Below are positions 19,840-29,798 of a DNA stretch of 64,000 bases, in pieces. The first letter of the stretch is position 1. Each line of letters starts with the position of its first letter. Under the pieces are notes generated by a model. It was not told where the DNA came from and did no database searches. It saw nothing but the letters and a program-made list of their open reading frames with translations. The stretch comes from an uncultured Verrucomicrobiae bacterium (GTDB taxonomy: Bacteria; Verrucomicrobiota; Verrucomicrobiia; Limisphaerales; Palsa-1400). Location: the NCBI GenBank assembly GCA_963702845.1, contig OY969763.1, forward strand, positions 1,376,001 to 1,440,000, in the 5' to 3' direction. The translations under genes were made by a program, and so were the position numbers.

Positions 19840-20793
19840 ATGACAAACCAAAGTGCCAGCAGCGACCTGCTTTCTCAGGTTACCGACTTCAAATATCCCG
19901 GCGAATGGGCGAGCGGTTCCAATGCCGCCCAACGCAGCAGGGAATGCTGCGCGCAGCTCGAAGAAGGGCGCATTGTTTACTTCGACAATATTCCTTTCAA
20001 TTTTCCAAAAGAAGATCGTGAGTTTTTGCTTTCGCAAAAACAAAGCGGATTTAAGGGACATAAAAATATTTCCTATCGTCCAAAGCAGGACATGCTTCGT
20101 GGAGCAGTCGGGTCGAAAGAACACCTCGAGCGCACACACGAGATCATGCGCAGCTATTCTGCCGAAACGGTGAAATTCCTGTCGAAGTTGCTCGCGCCCT
20201 ACGCGCCGCATTGGGCGTTGGATTTTGCCAGCTATCGCCCTGAAGAAGAGCAGGGCAGGGACCTCGCTTTGCACAAGCGCAACGACCTGATGCACGTCGA
20301 TTCTTTTCCCACGCGTCCGATGCACGGCAACCGCATCCTGCGTTGTTTTACGAATATCAATCCATCAGCCCCTCGTGTTTGGCATACGACCACCGATCGC
20401 TTTCCGCAAATCGCCGAAAATTTCGCAGCCGACGCCGGCCTGAGCCGGATTGCCGCGCAGCGCGGTTACAATCCACTCCTGCTTGGTTTGAAAAAAATCG
20501 TTGGCATGAAAGCGCCCGCGCATTCGCCTTACGACCGTTTCATGCTTCGTTTTCACGACTACCTGAAAGAGAAAAACGAGTTTCAGGAGAATGCGCCCAA
20601 GCAACGGATCGATTTTCCACCCGGCTCAACGTGGATTTGTTATACCGATTCCGTTCCACACGCCGTGCTCTCCGGTCAATACGCGCTTGAACAGACCTTC
20701 ATTATTCCGCTGCGCGCGCTGGTGACGCCGGAAAAGTCACCCATCCGTATTTTGGAAAAGATGGCCGGCCGCCCCTTGGCAAACGTGGCATAA
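19840..20793 (+). CDS. Kdo hydroxylase family protein (KdoO-like)
   Basis: KNISY, NDLMHVDSFPTRP..GNRILRCFTNINP, SPYDRFMLRFHDYLK, FPPGSTWICYTDSVPHAVLSGQYALEQTF. Confidence 0.78.
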   Translation: MTNQSASSDLLSQVTDFKYPGEWASGSNAAQRSRECCAQLEEGRIVYFDNIPFNFPKEDREFLLSQKQSGFKGHKNISYRPKQDMLRGAVGSKEHLERTHEIMRSYSAETVKFLSKLLAPYAPHWALDFASYRPEEEQGRDLALHKRNDLMHVDSFPTRPMHGNRILRCFTNINPSAPRVWHTTTDRFPQIAENFAADAGLSRIAAQRGYNPLLLGLKKIVGMKAPAHSPYDRFMLRFHDYLKEKNEFQENAPKQRIDFPPGSTWICYTDSVPHAVLSGQYALEQTFIIPLRALVTPEKSPIRILEKMAGRPLANVA

Positions 20794-20919
20794 TCCGGAT
20801 TCAGTTCGCAAAACTGAATACTGACGCACTGAATACTGAATACTTTTCTTCCCTGCCACGTCCCATTTAGCGGCGGGGTTTTCTTGAACGTGTGTTCACG
20901 CCCGCCTACACTCATGTGC

Positions 20920-21816
20920 ATGAGAAAAATCGTCGCGCTGATGGCGCTGATGCTGGCGGGACTCGCGATCGCAAATGCAGCCCCGAGCGGAATAAACGTC
21001 GAGGTAGCTCTGGATCAAAGCCAGTTTCTGCCCGGTGAAGATGTCACCGTTGCGGTCCGGGTAACGAATTTGTCTGGACAGGAAATCGAACTCGGCAACG
21101 ACAACCAATGGCTGACATTTAATATCCAGGGCGACGGTTCCTACATCGTGCCGCGAACCGGTGAAGTGCCCGTCGCCGGAAAATTCACGCTGCAATCTGC
21201 AAAGGTCGCAACGCGGCGTGTTAATATTACTCCCTATTTTAGTTTAACTCGGCAGGGCCGCTATCGTCTGACCGCGACCGTAAATTTGGCTCAATGGAAA
21301 CAACAGGTTTCGAGCAGGGTGACAACGTTCATGATTATGACTGGCGTGCAACTGGCGAACGTCCCGGACCTTGAATTCGGCGTTCCACCCAAAGCCGGTG
21401 AAGCGAACACAATTCCGGAAATTCGCAAATACGTTCTCGAAAAGGCGGCCTACGCCCGTGACATGAAATTGTATCTGCGCATCACCGAGGCCACGGGCAA
21501 GTCACTGCGCGTGTTCCCGATAGATCGCATGGTTTCGTTCAGCACGCCCGAAGCTCAGATCGATGGCCACAGCGACTTGCACGTGCTGCACCAGACTGGC
21601 GCGCGCGCGTTTAATTATTCGGTCATCAATCCGGACGGCGAAGTGGTCCTTCGTCAAACCTATCAATACACCTCCACACGCCCGGTCTTGCGCAAAAATG
21701 ACGATGGCAAGATTTTTGTGGGCGGCGGTGTTCGGACGATTTCCGCTCACGATTTTCCACCTGTCACCGCGTCAATTCCCGCAACCAAGACGGATGCCCA
21801 AACCGCAACGCCATAA
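20920..21816 (+). CDS. Exported hypothetical protein
   Basis: Long ORF with signal peptide MRKIVALMALMLAGLAIANA; beta-rich. Confidence 0.7.
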   Translation: MRKIVALMALMLAGLAIANAAPSGINVEVALDQSQFLPGEDVTVAVRVTNLSGQEIELGNDNQWLTFNIQGDGSYIVPRTGEVPVAGKFTLQSAKVATRRVNITPYFSLTRQGRYRLTATVNLAQWKQQVSSRVTTFMIMTGVQLANVPDLEFGVPPKAGEANTIPEIRKYVLEKAAYARDMKLYLRITEATGKSLRVFPIDRMVSFSTPEAQIDGHSDLHVLHQTGARAFNYSVINPDGEVVLRQTYQYTSTRPVLRKNDDGKIFVGGGVRTISAHDFPPVTASIPATKTDAQTATP

Positions 21817-22795
21817 CTTCATTCCAGTATGTTTACTGCTGTTGCTGGCGTTCTGTTGGAACGTTCGGTCTCAGCAAGTGGTGCTGCAGCTCAAAAATGG
21901 CGACCGGTTGACTGGAAAAATTGCTTCTGAAACGACGAACCAGATTGTCCTGATCACGACGTGGTCGAACAATATCACCATTCCGGTCGGTTGGATTACG
22001 AAGCGTGAAGCAATGACCAATCCGCCGGTTGTTGTCGTTGCCTCCAACGCCCCGGCAGCCATTCCGACCATTCCTCTCTCGCCCGCCAGGGCCATTGCTC
22101 CGCCGGCTCCGGTCGTGATTTTGACAAAGACACCGGACCATTGGCATTACGAAGCGCAGGTCGGTATCAATCTGCAGTATAACCAGGTAACCTCGGAACT
22201 TTACTATGGAGCGTTCAAGACGCTCTACACGGGAGACCTTTGGCGGGACGTCATGGACCTGAAGGTCAACTACGGCAAAGCCGACGGCACGCTCTCGGCA
22301 AATAACGCCAGCTCCACCTGGCGTGTCGAGCACGACGTGAACAAGACCAAGCGCATGTTTGTCTTCAATGCTGTCGGAGCCGGCTACGATCAGGTGCGGC
22401 AAATTCATTTTACTTACGACGAAAGCGTGGGTGCTGGTTACAAATTTATCGAACGGCCAAATTTGACTTTGACGGGCGACTCAGGGGCGAACTATCAAAA
22501 GGAATATTTTTATCGACAGGTTCAGCAGGACAACTTCTCGTTACGGCTGGCGGAGATGGTGAGTTGGAAGGTGAATCCCCGGGTCACCTTTGACGAGAAG
22601 TTCGAGTTCTACCCGCGCGTGACCAGTTGGTCGAATTACCGTTTGCGCGCGGAAGCGAACATCGCTTACAAACTCAACACCGCAGGAAGCTTGTTCCTCA
22701 ATTTGGGGGTGGTCGATCTTTACGATACCCAACCAGCTGCCAATGTATCGCAGAACGATTTACAGTTTCGCTCCAGCCTGGGACTGAAATTTTAA
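21794..22795 (+). CDS. DUF481-like outer-membrane beta-barrel protein
   Basis: LKNGDRLTG N-terminal domain, Pro-rich linker, amphipathic strands, terminal Phe (SSLGLKF). Confidence 0.72.
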   Translation: MPKPQRHNFIPVCLLLLLAFCWNVRSQQVVLQLKNGDRLTGKIASETTNQIVLITTWSNNITIPVGWITKREAMTNPPVVVVASNAPAAIPTIPLSPARAIAPPAPVVILTKTPDHWHYEAQVGINLQYNQVTSELYYGAFKTLYTGDLWRDVMDLKVNYGKADGTLSANNASSTWRVEHDVNKTKRMFVFNAVGAGYDQVRQIHFTYDESVGAGYKFIERPNLTLTGDSGANYQKEYFYRQVQQDNFSLRLAEMVSWKVNPRVTFDEKFEFYPRVTSWSNYRLRAEANIAYKLNTAGSLFLNLGVVDLYDTQPAANVSQNDLQFRSSLGLKF

Positions 22796-23343
22796 GCAGC
22801 GTCAATGCAATTGGAGTAGAACGGTCGCATCGCTCCCAATTTCTTAACGACCTCCGCGAGATTTGGCACGACTGCATCGCGGCGACCGGCGCCCAGCCAC
22901 GGAGATTCGATTAGCAAAGACAGACAGCCAGCGTTTCGCGCGGCTTCGGCATCTTGCCATTTGTTGCTGATCACTACGCATTGTTCGATGTCCAATTTCC
23001 ATTTGAAGGCTGCTTCCATCAACAAACCTGGTTTTGGCTTTCGGCAGGGGCAAAACTCGCTGGTGTCATGCGGGCAAACAAAAATGTCATCCAAAGAAAA
23101 TGTGCGACGGAGAATGGAATGCATCAGGTCCAGCTCGCGACGCGGTAAGACACCGCGCGAGACCCAGGGCTGATTCGTGGTCGCGATTAGAAGGTAACCT
23201 GCAGCTTTTAAATGGAGCAGCGGTTCCATCGCCTGCGGGTTGTGCGCCAGTTGTTCGATCGCGAGCGGAGACATCGGTTGGCCTCGTTCCACCCTCTCGG
23301 CGTTCAAGATGCCATCTCGCTCTAAAAAAACTGCCCTTCGCAT
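22792..23343 (-). CDS. HAD-IIIA hydrolase, GmhB-like
   Basis: AVFLERDGILN, TNQ, CPH...CPCRKPKPGLL; the first catalytic Asp appears as Glu. Confidence 0.75.
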   Translation of the reverse strand: MRRAVFLERDGILNAERVERGQPMSPLAIEQLAHNPQAMEPLLHLKAAGYLLIATTNQPWVSRGVLPRRELDLMHSILRRTFSLDDIFVCPHDTSEFCPCRKPKPGLLMEAAFKWKLDIEQCVVISNKWQDAEAARNAGCLSLLIESPWLGAGRRDAVVPNLAEVVKKLGAMRPFYSNCIDAA

Positions 23344-23526
23344 ACAGGTCTATATAGCAAAACGCTCGCCGAGGCATGCCAGCATCGGGAAAACCACTAA
23401 AAACCCAGTATTTACAGGCCTTTCCGTGTATCGCAAAAATGCGAGAAATGGCGGTATTCAAGCACAAGAAAGCTACAGCCGCAGATTGACTCGACCCGTT
23501 GCTTTCGGCGATAAAGAAGCACTGCA

Positions 23527-24897
23527 ATGCAAACCGCAACCGCTCCTGTCGCCCGAAAGAGCACGCTCCAAGGCGTTTCGTCGTATCACATTTTGGTCCT
23601 CGTAATCGCCGCGGGAGGTTGGCTGTTCGATTGCATGGGCCAGCGCATCTTCGTGCTAGCCCGTGAACCGGCGTTTCGCGAGCTGCTGGCGTCTCAAGCA
23701 AGTTTGATGGATGCCAAATCCTTTGATGCCTTGGTTAAAAGCTGGGGAGGATGGGCGACCTTTACGCTCATGGTAGGTTGGGCAACAGGTGGTTTGATAT
23801 TCGGTACGATGAGCGATCGAATCGGTCGGGTAAAAACGATGATTGCGACGTTGCTCGCTTACACGATTTTTTCCGGCCTCACCGGCCTGGCTCGCACGCC
23901 ATATGAGTTTCTTGCGTATCGCTTTTTAGGTGGGCTCGGCATCGGCGGCATGTTCGGTGCGGCTACGACGTTGGTTGCTGAGAGCATGCCGACGAGTTTT
24001 CGCGCGGTCGCGTTGGGCATCATGCAATCGCTTTCCGCCTTTGGAAACATTGGCGCGTCACTTATCAGTGCATGGTGGATCCCGCCAGGCAAGGCCGACT
24101 TCTTTCACGGTTACGCCGGTTGGCGCTGGATTTTCCTCGCCGGCGCTGCCCCTGTGATTCTTGCCGTTCCCATTGCGTTACTCCTGCGTGAACCGGAGCC
24201 GTGGCTTGAAGCAAAACGTAAAGCTAAAGAGAGCGGGGGGGCCGGTAAACACGTCGGCTCGGTCGCAGACTTGTTCAGAGAACCCCGTTGGCGTCGTAAC
24301 ACCTTTGTCGGAATTTGCCTCGGATTGGCTGGAATGGCGGGTCTATGGGGAATCGGTTTCTTCTCGCCCGAATTAATTTCTACGGCGCTCAAAGGCGCGC
24401 CTCAGACGACCGTCGATATCGTTCGTGGATACGGAACTGCGTTCCAGGATGTGGGAGCATTCTTCGGAATGCTCGCGTTTACTTTCATCGCGACCCGTTT
24501 CAGCCGTCGTCTGGCGTTCTTTGGTGCCTACGTCCTGTGCCTTGTCACAACCATTTTCGTCTTCAACAATCTGCGCTCCGGTTCAGACGCTTACTGGATG
24601 CTCCCGCTGATGGGCTTTGCGCAACTGTCGGTCTTTGGCGGCTACTCCATCTACTTCCCAGAACTCTTCCCCACGCGTCTGCGCGGCACCGGCGTTGGCT
24701 TCTGCTACAACACCGTTCGCTACCTTGCCGCATTCTTTCCGTTGATGCTTGGTGGGCTCAATACGATGTTGATCGACCAACACATCAACGAACCATTCCG
24801 CAAAGCCGCGACAATTCTATCCTTCATCTTCATCCTCGGCATCGTGGCGTTATTCTGGGCTCCCGAAACCAAAGGCAAGCCGCTGCCGGAAGATTAA
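23527..24897 (+). CDS. MFS transporter
   Basis: GTMSDRIGR motif A, PELFPTRLRGTGVG, PETKGKPLPE; many TM segments. Confidence 0.9.
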   Translation: MQTATAPVARKSTLQGVSSYHILVLVIAAGGWLFDCMGQRIFVLAREPAFRELLASQASLMDAKSFDALVKSWGGWATFTLMVGWATGGLIFGTMSDRIGRVKTMIATLLAYTIFSGLTGLARTPYEFLAYRFLGGLGIGGMFGAATTLVAESMPTSFRAVALGIMQSLSAFGNIGASLISAWWIPPGKADFFHGYAGWRWIFLAGAAPVILAVPIALLLREPEPWLEAKRKAKESGGAGKHVGSVADLFREPRWRRNTFVGICLGLAGMAGLWGIGFFSPELISTALKGAPQTTVDIVRGYGTAFQDVGAFFGMLAFTFIATRFSRRLAFFGAYVLCLVTTIFVFNNLRSGSDAYWMLPLMGFAQLSVFGGYSIYFPELFPTRLRGTGVGFCYNTVRYLAAFFPLMLGGLNTMLIDQHINEPFRKAATILSFIFILGIVALFWAPETKGKPLPED

Positions 24898-25060
24898 CAT
24901 AGCACCGTCAACAATTTGTCGAACATGCAGCTCATTGCCGGTATTGTTGAATTGCGAGCTGTGAACTTCATTCACAACAGGGCCGGGACCTTGCGAATGC
25001 GACTGTATAGTGAAGTAACGGTCTTGTAAATAGGTAAGTTACGGCACTACAATAAAGACG

Positions 25061-25088
25061 AAAAAGCCCGTTCTTGCGAACGGGCTTT
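25061..25088 (-). terminator. Intrinsic terminator after rplQ
   Basis: AAAGCCCGTTC-TTGC-GAACGGGCTTT hairpin with a T-tract on the minus strand. Confidence 0.85.
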
Positions 25089-25112
25089 CGTGTAATTTGT
25101 TTTTAACTTCGT

Positions 25113-25616
25113 TTAGGCAGTCGCTTCTTTTTCAGCAGCGACTTTCTTTTTGCGGGGCTTCTTTTCCTTCTTTTCACCTTCCGCGGCTTCTTTTGCTTCG
25201 CCTTCTTTGGCTTCGGCAGCAGGAGCTTCGGTCTTGGGTTCCACGGGTGCAGCGACGGGGACGTCGACGAACTCGAGGATGGCGAGCTGGGCGGCGTCGC
25301 CGACTCGTTGGCCAAGGCGCATGATGCGGGTGTAACCGCCATTACGTTCTTTTTGGGTCGGAGCGATGTCGTTGAACAGGATTTTGACGGCTTCCTCGTC
25401 CTGGTGCAGGCGGGCGGACGCGAGACGACGATCGTGCAACGTGCCGGCTTTGCCTAGCGTAACCATCTTTTCGACGACGGAACGAGCGGCTTTGGCTTTG
25501 GCCAGGGTCGTCGTGATGCGGCGATGTTTGATCAAGCTGCAGACCATGCTGGCGAGCATGCGATTGCGATGCGTGCCGGTGCGGCCGAGTTTAGCTGTGC
25601 GTTTTAAATGGCGCAT
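25113..25616 (-). CDS. rplQ: 50S ribosomal protein L17
   Basis: MRHLK..KLGR, ITTTLAKAK, GGYTRI; K/E/A-rich tail. Confidence 0.96.
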   Translation of the reverse strand: MRHLKRTAKLGRTGTHRNRMLASMVCSLIKHRRITTTLAKAKAARSVVEKMVTLGKAGTLHDRRLASARLHQDEEAVKILFNDIAPTQKERNGGYTRIMRLGQRVGDAAQLAILEFVDVPVAAPVEPKTEAPAAEAKEGEAKEAAEGEKKEKKPRKKKVAAEKEATA

Positions 25617-25625
25617 ATGTCGAAG

Positions 25626-26642
25626 TTATTCAGCCAGCTTCATTTCGTCTTTGGGCGCTTCCAGCAAGGCTGGATCGATGTTCATGCCCAGAGAGAGTTG
25701 GAGGCTGGAGAGTTTGTCTTTGATTTCGTTTAGCGATTTTTTGCCGAAATTGCGGTACTTGAGCATTTCGCTTTCGGTCTTCATCGCCAATTGACCAACG
25801 GTGGTGATGTTGGCGTTGTTCAAGCAATTGGCCGCGCGGACGCTGAGCTCGATTTCGTTGACGCTCATGTTGAGCAGCTTCTTCATCTTCGCTTTTTCGT
25901 CGTCCTGCTTGGCTTCGGTCTCTTCGAATTCGACGGCGTTCTTATCGTAGCCGACGAAGACATCGAGGTGATGCTGCAAAATGGCGGATGCCTGGGTGAG
26001 AGCGTCATCAGGAGTGATGCGGCCGTCGGTCCAGATTTCCATGATCAAACGATCATAGTCAGTGCGCTGGCCGACACGGGCGTTTTCAACGGCGTAACGG
26101 ACGCGGGTGACAGGGGAGAAGAGGGAGTCGATTGCGATGACGCCAATGGCCTGGTCGGGCTTCTTGTTTTCGTCACCGGGGCAAAAGCCACGGCCGACTT
26201 TGACTTCGAGTTCCATCTCGAATTTCTTCTTCTTGTCCAAAGTGCAAACGATTTGCTTCGGGTTGACGATCTCAACGTTCTGGTTGAGTTCGATGTCGCC
26301 GGCAGTCACTTCGCCTTCTTTGTTGACGGAGAGGAGCAGCGTTTGAGGCTCACGGCTGTGAGCCTTGAAAAGGACCTTCTTGAGGTTCAACACCAAATCG
26401 GTGACGTCTTCAACGACGCCTTCGATGGTCGCGAACTCGTGCATGGCACCGTCCACTTTGATGGAGGTGACGGCGGCGCCTTCCAAAGAGGAGAGGAGCA
26501 CGCGGCGCAGGGAGTTGCCGACGGTGTGGCCGTAACCGGTTTCAAACGGTTCAGCGATAAATTTTGCGTAGGTTTCTGTAGCGGTTCCTTCTTCTTTGGA
26601 CAACCGCTTGGGCATTTCGAAACGTCCTAGACGTACTGGCAT
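25626..26642 (-). CDS. rpoA: RNA polymerase alpha subunit
   Basis: EPFETGYGHTVGNSLRRVLLSS; ELSVRAANCL; NFGKKSLNEI. Confidence 0.98.
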   Translation of the reverse strand: MPVRLGRFEMPKRLSKEEGTATETYAKFIAEPFETGYGHTVGNSLRRVLLSSLEGAAVTSIKVDGAMHEFATIEGVVEDVTDLVLNLKKVLFKAHSREPQTLLLSVNKEGEVTAGDIELNQNVEIVNPKQIVCTLDKKKKFEMELEVKVGRGFCPGDENKKPDQAIGVIAIDSLFSPVTRVRYAVENARVGQRTDYDRLIMEIWTDGRITPDDALTQASAILQHHLDVFVGYDKNAVEFEETEAKQDDEKAKMKKLLNMSVNEIELSVRAANCLNNANITTVGQLAMKTESEMLKYRNFGKKSLNEIKDKLSSLQLSLGMNIDPALLEAPKDEMKLAE

Positions 26643-26751
26643 ATTTTCCTTTCAACAATTTTAATCTGGTCTTTCCGGGTATTTATTCCCGCGCCGGAAA
26701 GGCCCGTATAATTGTTTTTTGTCCCGCATTGCTGCGGGACGTTGTTACTGT

Positions 26752-27360
26752 TTAGCGGGAATAAAATTCAACGACAGCCTGCTCATTGGCAATGGGCTGG
26801 ATTTCGTCACGCGTTGGAACGCGGACGAGGGTTCCTTTGAAAGCTGCTTTGTCCAGCGACAACCATTCAGGGACGGTGCGGCTGGTGGACAGTTCCATGT
26901 TTTTGGTCGCGAGTTGCTTGGAGACGTTGTTGTCTTTGGCTTCGATCACGTCGTTCACTTTGACAGCGAAGGACGGGATGCTGACCTTGCGACCGTTCAC
27001 TTTGACATGGCCGTGGCAAACCATCTGACGCGCCGCAGCGCGGGTGGTGGCGAAACCAAGGTGATAAACGATGTTGTCCAAACGTGTCTCGAGAATCTGC
27101 AGCATTTGCTCGCCGGTAACACCGCGGCGTTTCAGCGCTTTTTCGTAGACGCCACGGAATTGCTTTTCCATGAGGCCGTAGAAGTAGCGCAGCTTTTGCT
27201 TTTCGATCAGGCCGAGACCGTAGTCGGTGTGTTTGCGGCGAGACTTCGGGCCGTGGACACCGGGACCGTAGTTGCGGCGTTCGAGATATTTGTCGGGGCC
27301 GAACATGGCCACACCGAAACGGCGGCTGATGCGAGTTCTTGGTCCTGTATAACGAGCCAT
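26752..27360 (-). CDS. rpsD: 30S ribosomal protein S4
   Basis: MARYTGP, EKQKLR, LETRLDNIVY, VVEFYSR. Confidence 0.97.
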   Translation of the reverse strand: MARYTGPRTRISRRFGVAMFGPDKYLERRNYGPGVHGPKSRRKHTDYGLGLIEKQKLRYFYGLMEKQFRGVYEKALKRRGVTGEQMLQILETRLDNIVYHLGFATTRAAARQMVCHGHVKVNGRKVSIPSFAVKVNDVIEAKDNNVSKQLATKNMELSTSRTVPEWLSLDKAAFKGTLVRVPTRDEIQPIANEQAVVEFYSR

Positions 27361-27405
27361 ATTAAATTCCTATTAATTACAAATTAAAGATTACAAATTA
27401 CAAAA

Positions 27406-28035
27406 TTACACGCGGCGTTTTTTGCGAGGGCGGCAGCCGTTGTGCGGAACTGGCGTGCAGTCTTTGATCGCGCTGATTTCGAGGCCGATGGCCTGAAGTG
27501 CGCGGATGGCGGATTCACGGCCGGAGCCAGGACCCTTGACGCGGACTTCGACTTCGCGCATGCCGTGGGACATGGCTTGACGAGCGGCATCCTGGGCAAC
27601 TTGTTGCGCCGCGAACGCGGTGCTCTTGCGGGAGCCCTTGAAGCCGACGCGACCAGCGGACGACCAACCGAGCACGTTGCCGTGCATATCGGTGATGGTG
27701 ACGTTGGTGTTGTTGAACGTGGCCAAAATGTTTGCGATGCCAACGGCGATGTTCTTCGCGCCTTTGGCTTTGATGATTTTCTTAAGGTTTGGATCATCAC
27801 CCAGCAACTCGGCAGCGGTCGGAGCAGCAGGAGCGGCGACGGCAGCGGGTGCACCGGCAGGGGCAGCACCATCAGCGGGTTTCGCAGCAGCGTCACCGGC
27901 GGGAGCTTTCTCCTTCTTCGGCTTGGCAGCGGCGGCGGGCTTGTCACCGGTCGCGGCAGCGGGTGCTGCAGCAGCGGCGTCGGCTTTCGGCGCTTTTTCT
28001 TTTTTAGGTGCGGCTGGTTTCTTTTCTTCGGCCAT
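27406..28035 (-). CDS. rpsK: 30S ribosomal protein S11 with a long Ala/Pro/Lys N-terminal extension
   Basis: [37 protein letters not shown]. Confidence 0.96.
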   Translation of the reverse strand: MAEEKKPAAPKKEKAPKADAAAAAPAAATGDKPAAAAKPKKEKAPAGDAAAKPADGAAPAGAPAAVAAPAAPTAAELLGDDPNLKKIIKAKGAKNIAVGIANILATFNNTNVTITDMHGNVLGWSSAGRVGFKGSRKSTAFAAQQVAQDAARQAMSHGMREVEVRVKGPGSGRESAIRALQAIGLEISAIKDCTPVPHNGCRPRKKRRV

Positions 28036-28062
28036 AAAATTAAATGTGAGTGTGAAAGTGAA

Positions 28063-28458
28063 TTAATGAATACCGGTCTTGGCGTTCGGATTGCGTTGGA
28101 CACCGACTGTCTTGCGCGGGCCTTTGCGCGTGCGCGCGTTGGTCGAGGTGCGTTGACCGCGGACAGGCAGACCGCGCAGATGGCGGACGCCGCGATAGCA
28201 CTTGATGCCTTGCAGGCGCTTGAGGTTCATGCCGAGTTCGCGGCGCAGGTCACCTTCGATGACGTACTTGCCGTCCTGAATGGCGTGAACGATTTGGGAC
28301 ATCTGTTGCTCAGTCAGGTCCTTGGCGCGCGTCTGCGGATCGATCTTGGCGTTTTCGAGAATGACGACCGCGTTGGAAGGGCCGATGCCGTAGATGTAGC
28401 GCAGAGCGATGTCGATTCGCTTGTGGCCGGGAATTTCTACTCCGATGATACGTGCCAT
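28063..28458 (-). CDS. rpsM: 30S ribosomal protein S13
   Basis: [32 protein letters not shown]. Confidence 0.97.
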   Translation of the reverse strand: MARIIGVEIPGHKRIDIALRYIYGIGPSNAVVILENAKIDPQTRAKDLTEQQMSQIVHAIQDGKYVIEGDLRRELGMNLKRLQGIKCYRGVRHLRGLPVRGQRTSTNARTRKGPRKTVGVQRNPNAKTGIH

Positions 28459-28534
28459 ATATTTTAAAAAATTCGGTTAAAGGTGTCAATTAGGTCGAAT
28501 TTAGGTGAATTAAACTGTATTTCCGTGCACCTAA

Positions 28535-28648
28535 TTAGCCCTGACGTTGTTTGTGACGGGCATTAGAGCAAATCACGCGAATAACGCCTTTGCGCTTCAC
28601 GATTTTGCAGTTTTCACACAGTTTTTTGACTGATGCTCGCACTTTCAT
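28535..28648 (-). CDS. rpmJ: 50S ribosomal protein L36 (not in the ORF track)
   Basis: Read by hand: [37 protein letters not shown]. Confidence 0.96.
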   Translation of the reverse strand: MKVRASVKKLCENCKIVKRKGVIRVICSNARHKQRQG

Positions 28649-28694
28649 AACAAGTCTTCTATTTTTCAGTTTTCAGTTTTCAGCAAACTCAAAT

Positions 28695-28913
28695 TCACTC
28701 ATCACGCATCGTGATGCAGCCCTTTCGACAAATCGTAGGGTGACATTAGCACCGTTACGACATCCCCAACGCAATCTTTTCAAAACTCAAACGACGCTTG
28801 CCGGACACGTGGGCCAGGAGGCGATGGCCATTGGCCAATTCGACCCTGAACAACGTGTTCGGCAACACTTCCACTATCTTACCTTCAACTTTGATGGCAT
28901 CTTCTCGGGCCAT
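28695..28913 (-). CDS. infA: Translation initiation factor IF-1 (divergent, frameshifted)
   Basis: [39 protein letters not shown], then [15 protein letters not shown] in a shifted frame. Confidence 0.85.
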
Positions 28914-28925
28914 TGTTACCAAACT

Positions 28926-28953
28926 CCGCCTCGTTACCTCGGCGGCTACAAAA
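28926..28953 (-). repeat. REP-like palindrome, copy 1
   Basis: GTAG-CCGCC-GAGGTAACGA-GGCGG on the minus strand; near-identical copy at 33566. Confidence 0.6.
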
Positions 28954-28954
28954 A

Positions 28955-29735
28955 TCAACCAACGGCACTTTGTTTCACCAAAGTCAGAATTTCCGGTTCT
29001 GAATCCGTAATCAAAACCGTATGTTCAAAATGGGCGGAGAGTTGACCATCTTTGGTAACTACTGTCCAGCCATCTTTGAGGACCTGAACTTCCGGGCCTC
29101 CTGCATTGACCATCGGTTCAATGGCTATGGTCATGCCGGCCCGTAACTTAGGCGAACTTTTGTCATTTTCAACAAAATTTGGCACTTGCGGTTCTTCATG
29201 AACCGATTTGCCAACGCCATGTCCTACAAATTCTCTTACTACACTGAATCCATTGGATTCGACATAGTTCTGAATCGCGCGCGATATATCAACAACCCTG
29301 TTCCCTGCCACCGCTTGTCCAATTCCCACATAAAGAGCGCGTTCCGTAACATCCATCAGGTGCTGAGCGTGCAAATTGCACCCTCCAACAGCCACTGTCC
29401 TGGCAGTGTCACCGATATAACCGTTATATCGGATTCCCACATCCAGACTGATAATATCCCCAAAATTCACTCGGCGATCGGTCGCCAGGCCGTGGACGAC
29501 TCATCATTAACCGAGATGCAGATATTGCACGGATATTTGCGGTAGTTCAAAAACGCGCTTTTCGCGCCGTAATGCCTTGATCCGCTCCGCCGCAAACTCA
29601 TCTATTTCCTTCGTCGTAACACCCGGCCGAATAAATTGTGCCACTTCGTCAAGAACCGTTCCGGCAACCGCACAAGCCGGTCGCATCGCCTGCAAGTCGC
29701 GTTCTGATTTTAATAATGATCTGTTTCGACGCCAC
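28955..29735 (-). CDS. map: Type I methionyl aminopeptidase (frameshifted)
   Basis: [46 protein letters not shown]; start approximate. Confidence 0.9.
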
Positions 29736-29798
29736 AGAACACTACCTGTCTGAGAACCGAGCGGCGAATTCCAAAAGCTTCGCCGCTTCGATCACTCA

